A stretch of DNA of 45,380 nt from Vicugna vicugna (Eukaryota): assembly GCA_013265495.1 (NCBI GenBank), contig MU058009.1, forward strand, positions 4,049,780 through 4,095,159, written 5' to 3'. Below, one piece after another: positions 36,079 to 45,380 of the stretch; the stretch's first letter is position 1, and each line of letters starts with the position of its first letter. The notes beneath the pieces are model-generated. The model saw nothing but the letters and a program-made list of their open reading frames with translations, was not told the origin of the DNA and did not search any database. The translations under genes were made by a program, and so were the position numbers.

Positions 36079-36873
36079 AGCGCAGTCTTTAGCTGTGGGC
36101 TGTGTGCAGGACAGTGGGTGCTTGGCCACGCCTGGTACAGTGATGGCTCTGGTCAGTGATGTCCATCAAGTCGTGTGACTTGATCTCAGAGAACAGCCTT
36201 TGCTGTGGCGTCTTTAGGCATGGCCGAGGCCGTTTGCCTAGTGGCTCTGTGATGTGTTTCCACAGCCCATGGCCCCAAAGAGGAGGGTCTCATCCTCCGG
36301 CCTGTGGTTTCCTGAGTGGCAGCGAGGCTGTGGGGGACAGTCCAGGGGTTAGTAAGTCGGTAACAAGACCGCCAGGAGGAGCATGAGGCAGGACTGTGCC
36401 GATGGCCGTGAGCCCTGTGCACCGGGCGGGATGGCCACGTCCATTTTCCATTCTGTCTCCAGAAAACACATTTCAAGTGTTTCTCATCTGCTCAGAGTTC
36501 TGTGTCCTCACTGCTGGGGCCATGTGTTTCACCCTTGGCCACAGCGCCCTTGTCTGTCCCTCTGTGGGGGCTGGGGGTGTGCTGCCCCGCTGCCATGTCA
36601 CACTCCTTCCTCCTCCCCCCGGAGGACGGTCAGCAGCAACCATATCTCCGTCCGTGGGATTGTTTCAGCCCCACCTCTCAGCGCTCCGTCTCCCAGCATT
36701 CACTGGTTGGTAGGGCACGGGGACCTTTCCTCACTGCCCTCCACCCACCCCAGGTGATCGTGTTTGCTGCAAGAGCCAGAAGGTCGCTTACACCCCCTCA
36801 TGCAGCCTGTGAAGCCCACATCCTTCCTCTTCCAGAAAAGCTCTATTAGCGTCTCATTCTCACCACCAAAAGC

Positions 36874-37379
36874 TGTCGGGAACTGTGGAGGGTCTGAGGT
36901 TTCACCCAGGTTTCAAGCTAATGAGGTAGACCGCCCGCGGCCCGAGGGTGCTGGCAGGAGACACGAGGCACCCGGGTCAGAGACAGAGGGCTTCCCTCCT
37001 CCGTCACAGCAAACAGCACAAGCGTCTCCTTCACATCAGCCTCCCAAGTCCGCAGCTGTGATGTGGAGCAGCCAGGTGGGTGCCGAGCACCCAGCGGGTT
37101 TGCGTCCAGCGCAGGAACCCTGTGACCGTGGGACTCGGGAACCCACGGGCCGTCTATGGTGCGCTGCAGGCAACCCTCCCCGGCATCTGCCTACGAGGGA
37201 GCCGTTACCTTTGTTGTACTGGACAGCAAAGAAAACATTTGCTCTGCTCTGGAGGGAGATGCTATCTGTATCTTCCAAGGTTATTCACTCTGCAAACATC
37301 TGTGAAAAGACTGTCATGTCCTCTGCTTGTGAAGATGAGCAGAAATGCAAGTGGCCGTGACGATTTTTCCCCCTGCAAC
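36874..37379 (-). mobile_element. LTR40-like (ERVL) solo LTR
   Basis: - strand 'caagcagaggacatgacagtcttttcacagatgtttgcagagtgaataaccttggaagatacagatagcatctccctccagagc' resembles recalled LTR40; about 500 bp, ends in CA. Confidence 0.75.
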
Positions 37380-39821
37380 CTTGTAAAAGGATGCAAGCCA
37401 GAGGCGCCGGGCAGGCGACCGGTAAGGTTCTAGTCCTGGCTTCAGAGCGACCTTTGACTCGATAGCCACTGACTAGAATGCTGTGGGCTCCAGGCACAGA
37501 ACACACAGCGCACCGCACGGTCACGGCTCCTCCCACCACAGAGCTTCCTCGGGGAGTGAGGGCAGCTGCGCTTCGCCGCACGCCGGGCCTTTTGACACTG
37601 CAGTCGTTTTAAAACTGCACTTAGAGACGGGGCTGTTGTTATCCCCATACCTGCAGGTCAGAAGACAGGCCCTGACAGGGAGTCAGGCGGTTCCTTGAGT
37701 CTGGGCGTCTCATCGCGCGGTCTCTCCCTGCTCCTGCTGGAATGGCCGCACGGTGTCACGGATGCAGCGATGCGTGGCTCCTCCGGGAGGACTATCAGCC
37801 AGACCGGAGGGCATCGCGGAGGAGGAGACATCTAAGAGCAGCCCCGAAGGGGGTGAGGCGCCGGCCAGGTGGAGGCGGGAGGAGAGGTTTTCCGGTGGGG
37901 AAGCCGCGTGTGCGGAGGCGTCCGCCGTGAGCTGCGATGGCTCGTGATAATAGCGTTGACTTTGATGGCTCATTGACTCCAAGGCACACATTTCTTTGGA
38001 GTGAGTAAGCCTGACGAGAGTCTCCCCAGACTTCTAATTCACAGCCCTTTGCTTCCTGTGTATTTTTAACCAAAAGACTCCATCCTTGCGCTGTTGAGAT
38101 GGCACAGGAGCCTTTAAACTGTCAGCAGGGCGGAGCCCGGGCGTTGTGGAGATGCTAGACAGAACCCCCCCGCCGTGATCCGGGCTTGTCTGCACTTAGG
38201 TAGGACTCACAGACCCCAGGTGCCTACTTACTTAGCAAGCAGAGAAATTAAGGCCCGCTATGCGTGGGGCGGGGAGACCAGGAGACCAGTCAAAGCCCAG
38301 AAGACTGGACGTTGATAGCTTCTTCGGTGGCCTCCCTCCCGAGGGGACCCACTTAGGCGTGATTCTCCCCATGACCCGCGGCACGCCTTGCATCACTGTC
38401 CCCCTCCGGGCAGCCCTGGGCTTCCCCACGCTGCCCTGGCCTGGCCTCCCCCCTCCTTCCCCCACCCAGAGTCACCAGGGGGAGATGCCCTGAGATCAGA
38501 CAGGTCTGAATAACGGACAACCCCCTCACTCAAGTCGAGGTCGGGTTTCGGGGTTCAGCAGGGGGCTTCGCCCTTGCCGACCGTAACCTTCAGAGGCGCT
38601 CGGGCGTTTCGGAGAGGTCCGTACCACTGCCCTGGCCGGGCTGCGAGGGCAGGAGCCTGGCAGAGGGAGCTGCCAGGACGGGAGGGACGGGAAGGCCGTG
38701 CTGCGCCCTGGGGAACAAGGAAAGGGAGGATGTATGAGGCAGTGATGGGGACGGGAGGGTGGCCACGGGCTGAGTGCATGGAGGGAAAGAGACGGCTGAT
38801 TTTTAGGCACGACGAAGTGAAACGCAGAGTGATGAGAAAAGGGGTTTGACAAAGAAGGAAGAACACTGGAGGGTGCGGAAGCACAAAGATGCGCGAGGGA
38901 CACGCAGGACAGGAGGGGATTCACCTCCAAACTCCCAGGAAGGCAGGGAAGCCGACGGTGTGCACAGCTCTGCCGCGGGGAGCTCTCCAGGAGCTGCACC
39001 CATGGGGACAGACACCCATGGGGACTTGAGTCCCTCATGGAGGGAGGCAGATGAAACAAGGTCGTGACACAGTTAGGTGACTGCTGGGCGCCGGTTGGGG
39101 GGAAGGGGGCCGGCCGCCTGGACATCCGCTCTGTGCTGCAAGGGCTCCGGCCGCTGTTTGGCTGGAGTGTTTGTGTTATTAATTACCTTTTTGCATGTTA
39201 TATGCTATGTTGCGTGTAACTACTTATTCACTGTTATTTGGTTTAATTCAAACAGCACTTCAGGGTGGATGTAGTATCCTCATCTTAAACACAGACAACT
39301 GTGGGCTTAGAAAGGCTGAGCGTCCCGAGTAGCACTGATACAAAGGGCGGGCGGGAGCACGCACCCACGTTCTCGTGACCCGTCAGACGGTGTGTTCTCG
39401 CCGCCCTCTCGGCTGCCGCCCGCCACGGGGGGCCTGAGCGGGGCTTGTGCCTCCAGAGGCAGTGGCCAAGGCTTTAGTGAACTGTAAGCTGATTAAAGGT
39501 GGGGCGGTGTCTGATTTTTTTTTAAATCTGTTATGTCTAAGAGGGTACCTACTCCATAAAACATGCTAAAATACTTGTAGAAAGAAGGACGAGGTGGAGG
39601 GAGAGAGAGAGGGCGGGAGGAGTGGCGTTCGAGCTGAAGTGAAAGAATAAATGGCGCTTTGGGGGACGGTGCTGGGAGGAAGAGTGTCTGGGCCTGAGGA
39701 GCATCGTTCAAGGTACAGAGTGTGTGCTACTGCGATGAAAGGGTGACGGGTGATTCATTCCAGCTGGGCTCGAGACAGAGGAGGGCGGAGGAGGCGGGGC
39801 TGCTGGCACAGAACGGGTCTT

Positions 39822-40840
39822 GCGTTCATTCCTTCGTTCATTCGGTGACGTCTGTTGAGCGGCTCCTTTGGCTGGGCCTTGCCGAAAGGGCGCAGGACGG
39901 ACCGCGGAGGGAGCAGCTGCGCCGTGGGTCTCGCATCCCAGTGAGGAGAGGCAGGCAGCCAACATAGCACATAGATAAGTCACACAGGATGCAAAAGGTA
40001 GTAGGTGCCTCGCGCTGGGAGACAGAGCAGAGCAGGGGTGCGAGGTGCGGGAGGCCGAGCTGCACGTTCAGGGCAAGGGCACCAGGGAGGCGACATCGGC
40101 GTCGTCTCCTGACGGAGGTGACGGAACGACTGGCACACGTGGCTCGGGACGGAATCCCAGGCAGAGGGAATGGATTGTGTGCAGACTCTAGGAGAAGGCC
40201 GGCGTGGCGAGGGGGCTGCAGGGCCCGGGGTCAGGCTGGAGGTTGGAGAGGCGACGGCGGACTAGATCGGGTCAGGCCTTGAGGTCTGTCCCACCGGGAG
40301 GGAAGTCGGGAGTCGCTGGGCGGCCTTGAGCAGAGGATGGCGCGTGTCTGGAAAGGGTTGCTCTGGCGGCTCCGTGGGGGTGATGCGGAGGTAGCTAGGG
40401 AGGTGGTCCAGGGACTCAGGCTCCACATGATGGTACAGAAGCTGGCTGTGGGGGCCAGTGCTTCCCGGAGCCAGATTCTGGATCTGCTTACAAGGGAGAG
40501 CCAGTCAGATTTGCTGATGGATTTGATGCAGGGTGTGAGAGAAACAGAGGAGTCAAGGGTAACTGGGGTTCTTGGCCACGTGGCCAGTATCTGGGAGGGG
40601 AGATACTGTGGGTGACTTGAGTTTGTCGGAAAGGATTAGGAGTTATTTTGTGCACAATAAGATAACTTTGATATCCAAGTGGAGACGTGAGGTGGGCAGA
40701 TGCATAAAAAGAGGCTGGACCTTAACGGAGAGATCCAGGCAGGAGGTGTACACTGGGGAGTCATAAGTCCCTAGAATGGATGTAAAACCATGGAATTGGG
40801 AGAGACCGCTGGGGAGGGAAGCGAGGTCCAGAAACTGGGG
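39822..40840 (-). mobile_element. Long L2 fragment, strongly GC/CpG-enriched
   Basis: Tail 'ttcattccttcgttcattc', then 'aatcccaggcagagggaatgg...gatttgctgatggatttgatg...gagagaaacagaggagtcaaggg...atccaagtggagacg'. Confidence 0.8.
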
Positions 40841-43796
40841 TTGGCCCTTGGTTTGCAACGTTAGTTTTGATCGATGGGAAGCTATTGATATTTCCTGAGA
40901 ATAAGAGGCACAGAACCTCCGCGGGCGTGTTTTGCTGGTGCTTTTGTTTGCCTGCTTTGTGCAGGTGCCACTCTGGCGGTCCCCAGGGGATGGCCGGGAG
41001 GGGCAGGCGGGAGCCTGGTGCCCTGCCGCGCGGAGGGGCAACGGAGGGCCTGCACGGGAACCAGGGCCGCGGGGAGGAAGGGGAGCAGGAAGATAAAGGG
41101 AAGAAGGGACAAGACAGCAAAAAAAAAAAAGCCAAACAAACCAAAACAGTTTTCCTTTCACCCAGTTCAAAGCAGAAATCACCGATCAATAGAAAAGAAA
41201 ACATAATTTAAGCCTAAAAAATACAGGTTTTTGTGCTCTCTCTCTCCTGCCTGCTTGAGGCATGGCGATGTTTTCTAATGCTTTGCTTCCTGGGGGCACA
41301 GCTGACAGCAGTGGGGAAGGAAACAAAGACAGAGTTTTCAGAAATCCAGTTTCTGTCTGAGCAGAGCAGGACCAGAAGCCCGCTCTCCCTGAGCCGTTCA
41401 GCACGTCCAGAGTCTGGGAGAGAACCTGCTGGCCAGAGGGATCCGAGTGTGTTCTCACAGGGACGTGGGCTCGCTGCCAGCCCCCGAGTCCCCTGGCCTT
41501 AAATAATTGCAGCCACACCCCCTCATGTAAGAACGGATTAAAAATAACACAGGGCAGTCCCAGCCGTGTACCTAAGGCGTGCCTGGGATTTGACCAACAA
41601 GAACGCTTTAACATGTAAAATCACTCTCATATACTTTCTCACAGTGAAGAATTACAGTGATCCTGTGACATAAATAAAGCGTGCCCCACCCTCCTCACTG
41701 AGAACAGAGGAAGGGATCCCACCAGCTCGAGCGACTTGCTCATATCACAGAGACACAGAACCAGCAGGTAAACCAGCCTGCAAGCCGAGTCCCGCTTTTC
41801 CGCAGCACCTGCTGTCTGGAAACGGAGGGACCGTGACCCTGAGAACACTGGGCCTTGGTGTCTAGCGCGTCCTCAGGCCCATTTTGTGCCACCCGAGGGT
41901 TCCTAGTCCTCTAAGCTCAGCACCATCCTGCACGGTTGTTTCCTGGAGCTGTAACAGCTGACGGGTGGCCGACCTCTGCCTCCATCCACGGAGGCGTCTG
42001 CTCGGGCCGGCTCCAGGCTCGCGGAGAGGGTGCCCCACAGCCCCCAGCCTCATCTCTCATCCACGAGGCGCCCTGCCCGGCCCGGTGTATGTCTGCCCCT
42101 CTGTGCACGTGGCTGCCGTGGCTTGCTGGCTGGCCGGTGCGTTAGCGAGAGAGTAGTGGCCTCTCCAGCCGGGATACGTGATCTCCACCAGGCTCTACCT
42201 TTTCCATCGTGGTGAATCACGTGGCTCCTCCCCAAACGCATTTTGAATAGAGCTTTTAGGTGACTGAACACAGCCTTCCGCCACCTTAATTCTCCAGATG
42301 TTGACTCACAACTGCTTCCCCACCGGCTTCCTTGTCCTGCGCTGTGTCTGTTCAAGACCAGTGTGATGCTTGAGCCCGACCTGATGGACTCGTGTGTCAG
42401 CCGGCAGGGAGGCCCCACCTCTGTCCCTGAAGCCCTGTGATCAAACGCAGTTAATTGCAGGGCGAAGGCAGTGCAGCGGCAGGGCATTTAGACATCAATT
42501 AGCGCTTTGTTCAAGAGCAGAAGCGGCAGCGGGCTAATCCTGTCCTCCGCTTGGGCGGCAGGCTGCTCACGGGCCAGGAGGACAGAGGTCGCAGGCATTG
42601 CAGGATTCTTTCATCACCAGTGGAGTAGGTCCCCAGGCGTCCTTGCCGGGTCCCCTGGAAGGGGGCGGTGGCTGGAGGCCAGCCACGTTCTCCAGGACCT
42701 TTCATGGTTTTTGCCTTCTGACCTCTGCTCTGCTCCATCCTTTTAGCTGAGCTCACTACGAGTTATATGCACTTGTTCAGTTTTTCTTTGTAATTATTCA
42801 AAACTATGTCTTCTTGACCTCCACCATTTGCCCATGAACTCTGGAGACCAGGGTCCTTTAATGCGCTGGCTTTGGAGGCTGGGGAGGGGGCGGGGGAGTC
42901 CTCCATGGCTTTTACTATGGACTAGAGCCACACGATGGATGTCGCGGGGTCACCGCTTGGGGCTGAGCAGCACAGGATGTGAATAGAAGTGCTTTAGACT
43001 CCGGGCAGAGCCGTGCCTTTCAAGCCCTCCTGTTGCGTCCGAGTCCGCACGCCACACGGAGTGGACACTCGCCACATTCTGAAAAGGCTGACCCGCTCCC
43101 TGGGCCGGCATTTCTCTCCAGCCCCAGACAGCCCCGTCTCCTTTCTCCCCTCGTATGTTTTCATCTCAGCGCAAGGAAAGAAAGGTGGTAATTCACACAG
43201 AAGGCTACGGAGGTGCTGCCGGTAGGAACTGTCCCCACGGGTCATCACAGCCGAAGCGTCCCTGTCCCCAGGCACCCGGGCCAGGAATGACGGCGTGAAA
43301 AGACCCTCGTGGCTCCGGTTCCCTTGTGCTTTACCTTCATGTCGGTCGCGAATTGAGCTGTGTGTTTGCTGTCTGCTGCGTGTCCTGCCTGGCACTGAGC
43401 TTGGAGTGGAGTTCACGTCCTCCGGGCTGCTCTCCAGTTCTGCACAGAGGAGACCCTGAGTCCACCTGGACCGTCTGCTTTGCTCACCACAGCTGTCGCT
43501 CATTTGTCGTGCCTCATGCCATCAATCCCTCTCCTGCAGACTTGATCCTCCCGCAGCCGGGCTGCTGGATTCCTACCTGGAGATTCAAGTCTGCTCCCGG
43601 TGCCCAGGACTCCTCGGCTGGGACGGCGAGCATTTCAGTTCTTGAGGTCCCAGCCTCTGGAGGTCAGCGACATGCCAACCTTGCGGCTTGCTGGAGGGAG
43701 ACTGGCATTCCAGTTCCTCCTCCTGGGTGCCCACCTCACTGCCCACCCCTAACCTCACTCCCTGTGCTTTCATTCTTATCTCTTATCTTATCTCCA

Positions 43797-44025
43797 TGAG
43801 AATTGAGGTGTAGTTGACATAACATTGTATCTGTTCCAGGTACAACATACTGATTCGACATATGCATTTATTGCAAAACGACCACCAGAGGAATTCCAGT
43901 TAACACCCGCCCCCAAACATTCTTACACATTCCGTGCTTCTTGTGGTAGGAACTTCTAGGAGCTACCCTCTTAGCAACTTTCAGATACGCAGGATAGTTT
44001 CATTAACGACTGATGCCAAGCTCAC
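43797..44025 (-). mobile_element. L1 (L1MA-like) 3' end
   Basis: 'aattgaggtgtagttgacataacattgtat...ccaggtacaacatactgattc...ctaccctcttagcaactttcagatac'. Confidence 0.75.
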
Positions 44026-44429
44026 CTCTTCACTCACGCCTCAGACGCAGGGCAGCCGAGGGCCGAGGGAGCCACACTCCCCAGTTCGCAGCACACTGTC
44101 ATTCCTGGGAAAGGGGTTGTGGTCCCGGGAAGGTGCCTCCTTATTCCGCCTTCATCTCAGTTTCACTCCCGTTCTACTCTTTCAGAGTCCCCACACGGAT
44201 GTGCTTGTAAATCTCATTAAATGTGATTTAATGATGGAGTACTGACTGCGCGTACGTGTCACTGCTGGTCCCCCCTCTGACTCATCAGGGCTCTTTCCAG
44301 CTTCCCTCCATCCTGAATGGTTCCATGACCCGCATCCCCTTACACAGCGCAGTGAAGCTCCTCCAGGAGGCAGGCCCGGCAGCGGTGCTGAGCGGTGTTG
44401 GTACGCCACACGCCTCACTGCAGTAGGGG

Positions 44430-44865
44430 CTGCGTGCTGCGCTCCAGTGTGGCGTCACCTGTCTGCACTCCAATGCGGCTTTACCTGCCTACACTCAGTG
44501 TGGCTGCACACTCCCCACTAGAGTGTGCATTCCCGTCTGCACACATCTTCACCTGTGCTTAGTTTTGTCTACTTTCTGGTACCTGTCTTTGTGAGCCATG
44601 TTCATGGACAGAGTGGCACCTCAGCATCACTCTCTCTCCGGTCTCTCAGGCTACTGGTGAGCGCGAGCCGCTCTGCATGGATTTGTCTGCTTCCTGGCTT
44701 TTCCTTCCGTGTGTGACAGATTCTTATCCTCTGCCCATTTTTTTTTTTTGATTGTACTGGCTTTTCCTTAGAGAGCTGCAACATTCTTTGCACATTCTCA
44801 ATACTAATTGCTTGTGTGAGTTTTAGATGTTGAGAGTATATTCATATGTATTTTATGGCATCTTT
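44430..44865 (-). mobile_element. Old L1M fragment (continues about 45075-45200 beyond the MIR)
   Basis: 'cacactccccactagagtgtg...cttttccttccgtgtgtgacagattcttatcctctgcccattttt...ttctttgcacattctcaatactaat'. Confidence 0.6.
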
Positions 44866-44867
44866 TG

Positions 44868-45060
44868 TCAGTGCGGCAGTGTGTGGCAATTAAGGGCGCA
44901 CGTGCTGGAACCAAACCGCCTTGGCTCACGCCCGCTGACGCTCTGTGGCTTTAGTGACGGTTCTCAGGCTTCTGTCTGTAAAGTGGGTACATTAAGGTTA
45001 CAGTCCTTATAGGACTTTGACTGGGATTAAATGACTTTAAATTTGTAAAGAACAATACCT
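44868..45060 (+). mobile_element. MIR SINE
   Basis: 'aattaagggcgcacgtgctggaaccaaaccgcc...tctcaggcttctgtctgtaaagtggg...ataggactttgactgggattaaatga...tgtaaagaac'. Confidence 0.7.
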
Positions 45061-45204
45061 GCCCCCCCCCCAGGTTCTCTATGTGTTTTTCTCCCAGTGA
45101 AACAAATAACTTTTTCTTACCTTTGTAATTTCACCTTTCCCATCTAGGTCATTGATGTGAAGTCTACCTTAACATGATGTAATATAACCTTCCTTAACAA
45201 AAGG

Positions 45205-45380
45205 CGGCACGCGCTTGGTGGTCTCCCGGCACGCGCTTGGTGGTCGCCCGGCACGCGCTCGGTGGTCTTCCTGCGCGCTTGGTGGTCTCCCGGCACGTGC
45301 TTGGTGGTCGCCTGGCACGCGCTTGGTGGTCTCCTGGCACGCGCTTGGTGGTCTTCCTGTGCACTTGGTGGTCGCCCGGC
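45205..45380. repeat. GC-rich minisatellite (VNTR), 22-bp unit, runs off the window end
   Basis: Consensus cggcacgcgcttggtggtc(t/g)cc; 8 full units of 22, 22, 23, 19, 22, 22, 23, 19 bp plus a partial unit. Confidence 0.97.

Noticed and set aside
35458..36159. 233-aa ORF
   Set aside because: GC-rich chance ORF running into an antisense L1 3' end.
36764..37360. 198-aa ORF
   Set aside because: Antisense to an LTR40-like solo LTR; stop codons are scarce because of GC enrichment.
45205..45380. CRISPR-like regular repeat
   Set aside because: Head-to-tail units with no unique spacers, in mammalian DNA with no cas genes; it is a minisatellite.

Overview
Mammalian non-coding genomic DNA, most likely a long intron or intergenic interval. 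No protein-coding exon, RNA gene or CRISPR array can be supported. Except for small LINE-1 ORF2 remnants, the ORF track looks like chance ORFs in GC-rich or repeat-derived sequence. The young repeats are cetartiodactyl-type L1 3' ends, and I see no Alu, B1, Bov-tA/BovB or PRE-1 SINEs, which points to a camelid genome (inference from recalled consensus sequences). Much of the window is transposon relics: L1, old L1M, L2, MIR, MER5A, a MER2 end, an ERV1-like solo LTR and an LTR40-like solo LTR. Between them lie unique, motif-dense blocks that look like enhancers. The best signals are a near-consensus REST/RE1 site (10438-10458), a paired-homeodomain P3 site, two candidate frame-preserving cassette exons, a twin-primed 5'-inverted L1 with an intact TSD, apparent AT-to-GC drift of old repeats, and a GC-rich 22-bp minisatellite with an 86-bp higher-order unit carrying HES-type and GLI-like motifs. 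I found no convincing previously undescribed biological system. Repeat family names and boundaries were assigned by eye and are approximate.
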